A DNA stretch of 64,000 bases from Prevotella sp. UBA5387. Lineage in GTDB: Bacteria > Bacteroidota > Bacteroidia > Bacteroidales > Bacteroidaceae. The position numbers were made by a program, and so were the translations under genes. The stretch is taken from NCBI GenBank assembly GCA_002407775.1, contig DHOP01000009.1, positions 16,457 through 80,456 of the forward strand. The letters are read 5' to 3'. Below the pieces are notes generated by a model that ran no database searches, was not told where the DNA came from, and was given only the letters and a program-made list of their open reading frames with translations. Numbering within the stretch: position 1 is the stretch's first letter; each line of letters begins with the position of its first letter. This document shows positions 44,338 to 52,777 of the stretch, piece by piece.

Positions 44338-45492
44338 CTACTCCTCTTTCTTGCAAATGACACGCACCTTGTCTATGCAAAGTTGCGAACCGACAGCCCC
44401 TTCGAACTTATCGCCTTCGCTGCTTGAGGAGAAAACAAGGGTAAGATTATAACCCCGTTCTGCCAAAAGCTCATAGTCTATGGTAGACTTATATTGGAAG
44501 ACCAGCGAAAAGGCTGTCCATTCTGCCTTTGTAGGCACATCTGCCATATCGGCAATAGCCACAATAAGTGGATTGGACTTTACATCGTCGCCATGTAAAA
44601 TGACCTCATTGCCTTTGTCATCATGGTTCCGATAAAGTACGGCATATATGGCGGCCTGATCGGTACGCCCCTCAACGGTATTGCCATTGAAGTCTTGGTA
44701 AGTGCGTCCTGGCTGGTATTTGTAGTAGCCTGTGATTGTTATCGGCTCGCGGTCAAAGACAACACCGAAGCTCGTTGCTCTGAGAGGATATTGCAAAGCA
44801 TTGGTCACATTGAATGTTCCAAGATAGAAATTGCCGGCAGCAAGGCGCTTGCCAGCTAACACACCGAACGGACCCGTACTACGAGTAGTGAGTTGAATAG
44901 CATGGCCGTCAAAACCATCGATGAGTGGAACAGTAGGATATTGCTCAGGGGTGGCACTTCCCATACTCAACTGAAATCCTGGATTTCCATTTGCCCAGTC
45001 ATTGCCGAGAGTGCCATCCGGAAGCAGATTATACCAAATAAAATATTTCTGTTTTTGAGATTCTAGCTCAAAATGTTCAAAATCAAATGCAACTGTATCC
45101 TCGATAGTTCGAACAACAGGGATGAGCTGTAGTGAATAGTCGCGGTGCCATTGTCCATCTTCAGAAGTGACACGGTATGTCTGGCGGCCGCCTTCGATTG
45201 GATCGATTTCCCCACCAAGTTTACTTAGGGTCGCGCCTGGGGTAAGGACAAAACGAGGTTGTAGCGTTTCGAGATTAGCCTCATGGTTGCGACGAACATT
45301 AAATGTGACGGTATTGTCCGTAGAATTTACGGTCTGTAGTGTGTCAGTAAGGCTAAAGAAAGTACCCAAGGGATTCTCAAGCTGAAACGACACTTGTGTA
45401 ATGTCGCACTCCGCATTGAGGGGTTCTTCCTTGAAACAAGAAGAAAGTGCAAGGCACAAAAGCAAAATAGCCAATACTCTTAATGCTTTCAT
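44338..45492 (-). CDS. PCMD-domain-like surface lipoprotein
   Basis: 384 aa. Lipobox LALSSC. FDFEHFELES...WANGNPGFQL resembles the putative carbohydrate metabolism domain (PCMD). Confidence 0.5.
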   Translation of the reverse strand: MKALRVLAILLLCLALSSCFKEEPLNAECDITQVSFQLENPLGTFFSLTDTLQTVNSTDNTVTFNVRRNHEANLETLQPRFVLTPGATLSKLGGEIDPIEGGRQTYRVTSEDGQWHRDYSLQLIPVVRTIEDTVAFDFEHFELESQKQKYFIWYNLLPDGTLGNDWANGNPGFQLSMGSATPEQYPTVPLIDGFDGHAIQLTTRSTGPFGVLAGKRLAAGNFYLGTFNVTNALQYPLRATSFGVVFDREPITITGYYKYQPGRTYQDFNGNTVEGRTDQAAIYAVLYRNHDDKGNEVILHGDDVKSNPLIVAIADMADVPTKAEWTAFSLVFQYKSTIDYELLAERGYNLTLVFSSSSEGDKFEGAVGSQLCIDKVRVICKKEE

Positions 45493-45586
45493 ACAATTTA
45501 GGATGTGTTACCTGCATGGCCAATGATGTAAAATTGTCATTCACGCAAACGACTGTGTCATAAAGTTGCAGGTTGATAATAGATTA

Positions 45587-45617
45587 CAAATCTACGTCTT
45601 TTATTTTGGGGAGCAAA
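45587..45617 (-). promoter_or_regulatory. Bacteroidetes promoter (-33 TTTG, 19-nt spacer, -7 TAGATTTG) for the PCMD/OMP/T9SS-cargo operon
   Basis: The minus strand reads TTTG-N19-TAGATTTG, matching the Bacteroides sigma-ABfr consensus (TTTG ... TAnnTTTG). About 95 nt upstream of ATG 45492. Confidence 0.55.
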
Positions 45618-45710
45618 GTTTTTATCCCTATTTTGTCGACAAAAAATCATGAAATAGGAGCAATTTTAATTATTTAAGTCTGTGAAACAGCGTCTTTCAT
45701 AGATTTTAGT

Positions 45711-45718
45711 TACTTTTG
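45711..45718 (+). promoter_or_regulatory. Candidate -7 box (TACTTTTG) for dapB
   Basis: TACTTTTG lies 27 nt upstream of ATG 45745. Confidence 0.45.
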
Positions 45719-45744
45719 CAAAAACGAACAAATCAGGTACAAAG

Positions 45745-46500
45745 ATGAAAATTGCATTGATTGGCTACGGTAAGATGGGACACATGGTAGAGGAAATTGC
45801 CATTGCCCGTGGTCATGAAATTGTCTGCATAATAGACGTAGACAACTTTCAAGACTTCGAAAGCGAGGGCTTCGCTTCTGCCGATGTGGCTATAGAATTT
45901 ACTAATCCTACAGCTGCCTATGATAACTATCTACGCGCTTTCAAGCAAAATGTGAAGGTGGTAAGCGGCTCAACAGGCTGGATGAAGGATCACAAAGCTG
46001 AGGTAGAAGCCTTGACACATGACGGCAAGCAGACACTTTTCTGGGCATCCAACTTCTCAATTGGTGTGGCCATCTTTGCAGCAGTCAATAAATATTTGGC
46101 AAAAATCATGAACCAATTTCCACAATATGATGTGGAGATGGAAGAGACTCATCATATTCATAAGCTCGATGCACCCAGCGGGACTGCCATCACTCTGGCC
46201 GAGGATCTCGTAGAACGGATTGACCGTAAGAGCGCTTGGAAGGCTGGGACGGTGAAATGGGACGATAATCACGTAGATGGTTCTGATGAGCATAAGCCTG
46301 AGGAACTACTCGTTAACAGTATTCGCCACGACGAGGTGCCTGGCATTCATAGCATCTGTTACGACTCCGAGGCTGACAAAATCACCATTACTCATGACGC
46401 CCACTCACGTCAGGGATTTGCCCTTGGAGCAGTGCTAGCAGCTGAATACACTAACACGCATACCGGATTGTTGACTACTGACGATCTATTTAAGTTCTAA
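45745..46500 (+). CDS. dapB: 4-hydroxy-tetrahydrodipicolinate reductase
   Basis: MKIALIGYGKMG NAD(P)-binding N-terminus; EETHHIHKLDAPSGTA signature. Confidence 0.9.
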   Translation: MKIALIGYGKMGHMVEEIAIARGHEIVCIIDVDNFQDFESEGFASADVAIEFTNPTAAYDNYLRAFKQNVKVVSGSTGWMKDHKAEVEALTHDGKQTLFWASNFSIGVAIFAAVNKYLAKIMNQFPQYDVEMEETHHIHKLDAPSGTAITLAEDLVERIDRKSAWKAGTVKWDDNHVDGSDEHKPEELLVNSIRHDEVPGIHSICYDSEADKITITHDAHSRQGFALGAVLAAEYTNTHTGLLTTDDLFKF

Positions 46501-46604
46501 TTGCTTTATTAAAAAAAGATAAAGATTCATCCGAAAGGAAGATTTGAATCGTCAAAAAGCCATTAACGAATTGTCCATAAATTGGAACGAATCATCTATA
46601 CACT

Positions 46605-48053
46605 ATGATTGATAAAGAAAAAGCTAAGTTGAACATGAAAAAGCAATGGACAAAGTTCTTGATTGTCCTTGCTCTTTATCTGCTGTTTCTGCTCTGGGTG
46701 AAGAGTTGGTGGGGCTTGTTGGTCGTGCCATTCATCTATGATATTTACATCTCAAAGAAGATAAGGTGGCAGTGGTGGAAGGATTCCGAAGGCCCTATAC
46801 GGTTTTTAATGAGCTGGGTCGATGCCTTAGTGTTCGCACTTGTGGCCGTCTATTTCATCAATCTATTCTTCTTCCAGAACTATGTTATACCCTCTAGCTC
46901 TTTGGAGAAGAGTCTACTGACAGGCGATTACCTTTTCGTTTCTAAGCTCAGTTATGGTCCTCGCATACCCCAGACACCGCTGACCATGCCGTTGACACAG
47001 CATACCTTGCCTATCATCAAGACAAAGAGCTATATAGAATTCCCACATTGGGACTATCGTAGGGTCAAGGGATTGGGCAATGTCAAGCTCAATGACATCG
47101 TTGTCTTCAATTACCCATCAGGTGATACCATCGTTACAGAGGAGCGCTATCAGGCGGCCGACTATTACACGATGGTGTATAGTTTCGGTCAACAGATATT
47201 CCAGGAGCAGTCACGGCAACAGGTTAATCCAGCCAACTTGAATCGGCAAGAACAGCTTGACTACTTCAAGACCATTTATAACATTGGTAGAAGCTATATC
47301 GTCAACAACCCCAACGAGTATGGATCTATCGATAGTCGTCCTACTGACAGGCGTGAAAACTACGTCAAGAGATGCGTTGGACTACCAGGCCAGACAATCC
47401 AAATCAAGAACAGAACTGTCTATCTGGATGGCAAAGCCAATAAAGAGCCAGACAACGTACAGTACACTTATTACGTAAAATTGAAGCAAAATCTTCCCGA
47501 TGACGTGCTCAAAGACCTTGGCATCTCTATGGAAGACATGACGAGTCTGAACCAAAATGGTTTCATGCCGCTTACCAAGGCAGCAGCAAAAACACTATCT
47601 GGCCGTAAGGATTTGGTCGAAAGCATCCGGCTCAACACCGATGCCACCACTGGAGACCTCTATCCACTCAATGCCGTGACAGGCTGGACACGTGACAACT
47701 ACGGTCCTGTGTGGATACCAAAGAAGGGCAAGACTTTAAAGCTTACAATGGATAATATCGCTGTTTATGAGCGTCCTATCCGTGTATATGAGGGCAATGA
47801 CCTTGAAGTAAAGCACGGACAGATATATATCAACGGCAAGTTGGCTAATAGATACACATTCAAAATGGACTATTATTGGATGATGGGTGACAACCGTCAC
47901 AACTCTGCCGACTCACGCTATTGGGGGTTTGTACCCGAGGATCATATCGTGGGCAAACCTGTCTTTATCTGGTGGAGCTCGGATCCTGACCGTCGCGGCT
48001 TCAATGGAGTTCGTTGGAACCGACTCTTCAGATGGGTTGACAATATCAAATAA
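46605..48053 (+). CDS. lepB: Signal peptidase I (long Bacteroidetes form)
   Basis: 482 aa. IPSSSLEKSLLTGDYLFVSK (Ser box), YVKRCVGLPGQ (Lys box), GDNRHNSADSRYWGFVPEDHIVGKP. Confidence 0.85.
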   Translation: MIDKEKAKLNMKKQWTKFLIVLALYLLFLLWVKSWWGLLVVPFIYDIYISKKIRWQWWKDSEGPIRFLMSWVDALVFALVAVYFINLFFFQNYVIPSSSLEKSLLTGDYLFVSKLSYGPRIPQTPLTMPLTQHTLPIIKTKSYIEFPHWDYRRVKGLGNVKLNDIVVFNYPSGDTIVTEERYQAADYYTMVYSFGQQIFQEQSRQQVNPANLNRQEQLDYFKTIYNIGRSYIVNNPNEYGSIDSRPTDRRENYVKRCVGLPGQTIQIKNRTVYLDGKANKEPDNVQYTYYVKLKQNLPDDVLKDLGISMEDMTSLNQNGFMPLTKAAAKTLSGRKDLVESIRLNTDATTGDLYPLNAVTGWTRDNYGPVWIPKKGKTLKLTMDNIAVYERPIRVYEGNDLEVKHGQIYINGKLANRYTFKMDYYWMMGDNRHNSADSRYWGFVPEDHIVGKPVFIWWSSDPDRRGFNGVRWNRLFRWVDNIK

Positions 48054-48120
48054 AGCCTCCTCTACCTCTCAATATTGAGAGATGAGGCATAGTCCTGCAT
48101 GACGATGTAGGACTCTATCT

Positions 48121-48525
48121 ATGAAACAAGCACTCAAGGCCTTCATCGCGCTCGGCATTGCGCTGCTTATTATGCTAGTAATACGAGCCTTCGCATTCAC
48201 CGTTTACACAGTGCCCTCCGACATCAATGGAATGTTAAGACAGGGCGACAGAGTAATGGTGAATAGGCTTTCACGCACTGAACTCAAAGTGGGAGACCTT
48301 GTGGTGTATCAAAAAAATGCCGATTTTATCGGAAAAATTGAAGGACTACCAGGTGACACCGTTAAGCTAGGCAGTAGCCGATACGTAATTCCGAAAGGTT
48401 CCTGCGAGCCTTGCACCACTCCCGATAGTCGCATGTATATGGTCAATATAGGCAACACCTATGCGTTGATGTGTGGCTACCAAGTCATCGGCAAAGCTTA
48501 TCGGCTATTTCATTTGCCCTTTTAA
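48121..48525 (+). CDS. Short S26-family signal-peptidase-I-like protein
   Basis: 134 aa. N-terminal TM helix, VPSDINGMLRQGDRVMVNRL and IGKIEGLPGDTV resemble boxes B and D, but the large insert and the GDN..S.DSR box are missing. Confidence 0.5.
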   Translation: MKQALKAFIALGIALLIMLVIRAFAFTVYTVPSDINGMLRQGDRVMVNRLSRTELKVGDLVVYQKNADFIGKIEGLPGDTVKLGSSRYVIPKGSCEPCTTPDSRMYMVNIGNTYALMCGYQVIGKAYRLFHLPF

Positions 48526-48551
48526 GCATTTGATTCTCCTCTTTTTCATCC

Positions 48552-49181
48552 ATGAATAATTTATCTTCGGACACAGCGCTATTATCCTCTACATATTTCG
48601 GTCCAGTGCAATGGTACCAAAAACTTAACCGTTTCGGCACGTGCAGGATAGAGAAATATGACCATTTCATCAAGCAAACATATCGCAACCGTTGCATCAT
48701 AGCAACAACAAATGGGACGCAGGCATTATCCATACCTGTGGAAAAGTGTGACATGGACCATTGCGATATGCATGAAATACGCATCAGCGACCATGGCAAT
48801 TGGCGCCATCTTCATTGGAATGCTTTGCAGTCGGCCTATGGTGAAAGTCCATTCTTCGAGTTTTTAGCCGATGATATACGTCCATTCTTTGAGAAAAGAT
48901 GGACATTTCTCTTTGATTTCAATCTTGAAATAACCCATAAAATATGCGAATTGATCGATATTCGGCCAAACATAACTACAACGACAGAATATCAGTCAGC
49001 AGATTCCGTGTCTAATTTTGACTTTCGAGACGCTATTAGACCAAAGCATCCACTCTCCGATCCTGACTTCTCGCTTCGTCCTTATCATCAGGTCTACGAG
49101 CAAAAATACGGCTTTTTGACCAATCTTTCCATCCTTGACCTTGTATTTAACTTAGGCAATGAGGCTGTGCTTTATCTGTGA
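48552..49181 (+). CDS. WbqC-family protein
   Basis: 209 aa. LSSTYFGPVQWYQKL...KQTYRNRCIIATTNGTQALSIPV matches the WbqC-like family pattern. Confidence 0.65.
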   Translation: MNNLSSDTALLSSTYFGPVQWYQKLNRFGTCRIEKYDHFIKQTYRNRCIIATTNGTQALSIPVEKCDMDHCDMHEIRISDHGNWRHLHWNALQSAYGESPFFEFLADDIRPFFEKRWTFLFDFNLEITHKICELIDIRPNITTTTEYQSADSVSNFDFRDAIRPKHPLSDPDFSLRPYHQVYEQKYGFLTNLSILDLVFNLGNEAVLYL

Positions 49182-49314
49182 CAAATTCCCAAGTCCCCTC
49201 TTAATCCCTCGCCATTCCCTTAGATTCACTGCTTGAACCCAATGTAACGACGAACTCATTGGGTGGTTAAGATGTCTATTAACGAATTCCATTTCGATGA
49301 AATGGGCAAAAAGC

Positions 49315-49358
49315 AATCCACCGACAAGAGCCATATGATATGGGCTTGTCGGTGGATT
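49315..49358. terminator. Long hairpin between convergent genes (bidirectional terminator candidate)
   Basis: 14-bp stem AATCCACCGACAAG / CTTGTCGGTGGATT. A T-run follows on the minus strand (GCTTTTTGCCC), 42 nt after the tlpA-like stop. T-rich sequence follows on the plus strand (TCTATTATTTGT). Confidence 0.6.
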
Positions 49359-49400
49359 TCTATTATTTGTCGCACAAAGCAGTGCGAAAGACACTACAGA

Positions 49401-50549
49401 TTACTTCCCAAAAGTTTCGTCAAGGAAAGAATAGAAGGCTGGATCTTCGCCAACGATGGTCTTCACAATCTTACCATCAGGACCAACAATAATCTTCGTA
49501 GGGAAACCTTGGATACCATAATCCTCTAGCACTTTACTATCGCGAGGATTGTAAACATGGAGCCACGGCAGCTCATACTTCTTCACTGCGTCTTTCCATT
49601 TCTGATCCGTATCATTGCAGTCCACACCCAATATCTCGAACTTGCCCTTGTATTTCTCATAGTAGTTCTTCATCTCGGGTATGCCCTTGATGCACCACGA
49701 GCACCAACTACCCCAGAAATCAAGTACTACATACTTTCCGCGAAGTGAAGAAAGCGCAAATGGCTTGCCATTGATATCAGTGAGCGTAAAGTCAGGAGCC
49801 ATCAGTCCAGCAGCCTGTTTCTTAGCTGCAAGAGCCTCTTGCTGATTGTATTGTTCCATCTGATCAATTGGCTCCTGATAGACAGGTTTCATTCGTCCTT
49901 CGCGCACGGCAGGCGAAAGAAGCGCTACAGCTTCTTTCATCTTGTCCAAGTCACCAAGTTGCGAGATGATAGTAGCACTTGCCTCATAGCCAGGATGCTG
50001 GCGGATAAAGTTCATCACGCCATCAACAAACTGCTTCTGCAAAGCAGGACCTTTGGCTTGATATTCCTTCGAAAGACTGTCTCGGGATACCCCTGCGGCC
50101 AATCTTGCATCAAGACTTTTGGTCAGTTCGCGTAGCGGTTGAACTGCTTTGTCCATCGCACGTTCTACTTCGTTATACTCTTGATAGAACTTTGAACCTG
50201 AGAAATAGTAATCACTGCCCAGGTCGCCAGTGACTTCAGCACTTTCTCCAGGAACCGCAATTAATGTAAATCCGACGGCTTCAATTTTTCGAATTGTACC
50301 CGGTGTATACACTTGAATGGTCGTTGGTTGCTTCACATTTACGGTGAAGTCGAACTTTCCATTGTTTACGAGAACTGTATCGAGCTTGTATCGTCTTGTC
50401 TCTCCCGGTGAAATCACGATTAATGAGTCCTTTATTCCCTTGAGATCTCCTTTGACATGTACGTCTCCCTCAGCAGCAAAAACTGTTGTTGAAACCATGG
50501 ATGAAGCCATGACAGCCAATCCAAAAAGAAACTTTTTCATATTATGCAT
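49401..50549 (-). CDS. TlpA/redoxin-family thiol:disulfide oxidoreductase with N-terminal DUF4369-like domain
   Basis: 382 aa. Signal peptide. C-terminal thioredoxin fold with FWGSWCSWC (CxxC) and GFPTKIIVGPDGKIV. Confidence 0.75.
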   Translation of the reverse strand: MHNMKKFLFGLAVMASSMVSTTVFAAEGDVHVKGDLKGIKDSLIVISPGETRRYKLDTVLVNNGKFDFTVNVKQPTTIQVYTPGTIRKIEAVGFTLIAVPGESAEVTGDLGSDYYFSGSKFYQEYNEVERAMDKAVQPLRELTKSLDARLAAGVSRDSLSKEYQAKGPALQKQFVDGVMNFIRQHPGYEASATIISQLGDLDKMKEAVALLSPAVREGRMKPVYQEPIDQMEQYNQQEALAAKKQAAGLMAPDFTLTDINGKPFALSSLRGKYVVLDFWGSWCSWCIKGIPEMKNYYEKYKGKFEILGVDCNDTDQKWKDAVKKYELPWLHVYNPRDSKVLEDYGIQGFPTKIIVGPDGKIVKTIVGEDPAFYSFLDETFGK

Positions 50550-50576
50550 TATAATGTTAATACTTCATTGACATAT

Positions 50577-50584
50577 CAAAGATA
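50577..50584 (-). promoter_or_regulatory. Candidate -7 box (TATCTTTG) for the tlpA-like gene
   Basis: The minus strand reads TATCTTTG, 28 nt upstream of ATG 50549. Confidence 0.45.
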
Positions 50585-50629
50585 CGTAAAGCTCTATGAA
50601 AGTGTTGCTAAAGTTAAGTATTTATAACT

Positions 50630-52582
50630 TTATTGTCTGGACTTCCTTGGCTTACGGCGTGCCCAACCCTCTTCAGAGAAGTCAGGAGTCTCACCTTTTA
50701 GCTTGGGTGAACCGCCATTCATAAGACCTTTCCAGTCCTCTTTGCCATGGCGACGACTATTGTCAGAACTTTGGGGTGCACTATAAGAGCTGTCCTCACG
50801 GCGGCCTCTGCGGCCACCCCTGTCACTCTTTGCGCCATATTTATCAGTCTTACTGCCATATCGGTCTGGCCTTGCACCGCGACCTCTACTGCTATCAAAC
50901 CTACGTTCACGACTGCTACCGCCTTCGCTTCGACCACGACCGCCTTCCTCAGCATCATTGCATCGCACCTCACGACCATGGAAACTAGTACCAGTGAGCG
51001 ATTCCATCACGTTCTGGGCATCGCCTTCAGGAACTTCGATATAGCTCTGATGCTGTAGCAAATCAATATGTCCCACTTTCTGCTTGCCAGCTATGTGTTG
51101 GTTTATGTATTGCATCAACACTCCTGGATAAAAGCCGTCTTGCTTGCCCAAATTAAGGTAAAGACGACGGAATCCGCTTTCTACGCTATGGCTACCACGA
51201 CTTCTTGTCCTGCCGCCTTCAGCATTATCTCCACGGCCTTCGCTACGTTTCCCAGTTGGTTTTTCAATCTCAGGAGCATGGTTATAATAGTCAAGGAATC
51301 TTCCGAAGGTATTGCTTACCATCTTCTTGATGATATCTTCCTTGTCAACATACTCGAACTGACGGTTAATTTCGGCTACATAAGGCTCGATAAGCTCTTC
51401 ATCTACGTCTGTCTTCATAATGTCATCCATCACTTTGTAGAGCTGCTTCTTGCAGATTTCCTCGGCAGAAGGCAATGTTCCATCTACGAAATCCTTGCCC
51501 AACACCTTCTCAAGTGCGCGAACCTTATTCTTCTCACGTGAGTGGATGATGCTGATCGAAGTTCCCTTCTTTCCTGCACGACCAGTACGTCCGGAACGGT
51601 GGGTATAGTTCTCGGTATCGTCTGGCATTCCGTAGTTGATGACATGTGTCAAATCGTCCACGTCCAAACCACGTGCAGCTACGTCCGTTGCTATTAGCAA
51701 CTGGGTTAGATGCTTACGAAACTTCTGCATTGTCAAGTCACGTTGCTGTTGCGACAAGTCGCCATGCAACGCCTCTGCATTGTAGCCATCCCTAATAAGC
51801 TTATCGGCAATCTCCTGCGTTTCTATCTTGGTACGGCAGAAAACAATGGCGAAAATATGTGGGTGGAAGTCCACGATACGCTTCAATGCAAGATATTTGT
51901 CACGTGCATTAACCATATAATATACATGGTTTACATTCTCAGCACCCTCGTTGCGAGATCCCACCACAATTTCTTTGTAGTCGTGCAAATAACTCTTGGC
52001 GATCTTTTCTATCTCCTTACTCATCGTTGCGGAGAAGAATAAAGTGTTCCTATCAGTAGGAACATCCTCAAGAATGGTATTAATACTATCAGAGAAACCC
52101 ATGTTGAGCATCTCGTCTGCCTCATCGAGGACAACATTATTCACATGTTCCAACTTGGCCACACCACGCTTCATCAGGTCAATAAGACGACCTGGGGTAG
52201 CAACAATAATCTGTACACCATGGCGCAGGGAGCGTATTTGGGTCTCTATCGAGGCACCTCCATAGACTGGAACAATATGCATTCCGTCGATGTACTTGGC
52301 AAAACCGTTGAGATCATCGGCAATTTGCAAGCATAGTTCACGTGTCGGACTCAGTATAAGTGCCTGCGTTTCCTTGCTTGTCGGATCTGTTTTCTGCAAC
52401 ACGGGAATACCATATGCTGCTGTTTTTCCAGTGCCTGTTTGTGCCAATGCAATTACATCGTTACCCTGACCTAATAAATACGGAATTACTTCTTCTTGTA
52501 CGGGCATCGGTGATACAAAGCCCAACTCATCAATAGCGCGACGAATCCCTTCGTTAACGCCTAACTCTTCAAATGTCTTCAA
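50630..52582 (-). CDS. DEAD-box ATP-dependent RNA helicase (DeaD/CsdA-like) with DbpA-like RNA-binding domain and R/G/S-rich tail
   Basis: AQTGTGKT, VLDEADEMLNMGF, SAT, HRSGRTGRAG. C-terminal ~110 aa is arginine/glycine/serine-rich and low complexity. Confidence 0.9.
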   Translation of the reverse strand: MKTFEELGVNEGIRRAIDELGFVSPMPVQEEVIPYLLGQGNDVIALAQTGTGKTAAYGIPVLQKTDPTSKETQALILSPTRELCLQIADDLNGFAKYIDGMHIVPVYGGASIETQIRSLRHGVQIIVATPGRLIDLMKRGVAKLEHVNNVVLDEADEMLNMGFSDSINTILEDVPTDRNTLFFSATMSKEIEKIAKSYLHDYKEIVVGSRNEGAENVNHVYYMVNARDKYLALKRIVDFHPHIFAIVFCRTKIETQEIADKLIRDGYNAEALHGDLSQQQRDLTMQKFRKHLTQLLIATDVAARGLDVDDLTHVINYGMPDDTENYTHRSGRTGRAGKKGTSISIIHSREKNKVRALEKVLGKDFVDGTLPSAEEICKKQLYKVMDDIMKTDVDEELIEPYVAEINRQFEYVDKEDIIKKMVSNTFGRFLDYYNHAPEIEKPTGKRSEGRGDNAEGGRTRSRGSHSVESGFRRLYLNLGKQDGFYPGVLMQYINQHIAGKQKVGHIDLLQHQSYIEVPEGDAQNVMESLTGTSFHGREVRCNDAEEGGRGRSEGGSSRERRFDSSRGRGARPDRYGSKTDKYGAKSDRGGRRGRREDSSYSAPQSSDNSRRHGKEDWKGLMNGGSPKLKGETPDFSEEGWARRKPRKSRQ

Positions 52583-52670
52583 AAAATAAAAATTAATGTA
52601 AATTTACAGTAGGGACTACTTCAAAACGCCCTACCGTTCTGATCGAATCCTCTTTCAGGGCACAAAGGTA

Positions 52671-52705
52671 CAAAAAAAATGCCGACTCCATCATGTTGTC
52701 GGCAT
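52671..52705 (-). terminator. Rho-independent terminator of the PL11 lyase gene
   Basis: The minus strand reads ATGCCGAC-N12-GTCGGCAT followed by TTTTTTTTG, about 70 nt after the stop at 52778. Confidence 0.75.
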
Positions 52706-52777
52706 TTATTTATGCATATTTTATTTAAAAGCTATATTTATGGCAAACTTAGGCAAAATTTGTTGTATTCTTGGGCA

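Noticed and set aside
46524-46550. GATTCA...TGAATC inverted repeat after dapB, as a possible solo unit of the repeat family
   Set aside because: It shares only ATTTGAATC with the consensus, lacks the CAATTTG-centred 19-mer and the 22-bp tandem structure, and the arms are 15 nt apart. More simply a weak hairpin downstream of dapB. It could be a degenerate relic, but that is not supportable from one copy.
50630-51060. Three overlapping ORFs (50719-50979, 50747-51058, 50776-50988) at the helicase 3' end
   Set aside because: They arise from the compositionally biased region that encodes the R/G/S-rich tail of the DEAD-box helicase. They have no independent coding evidence.
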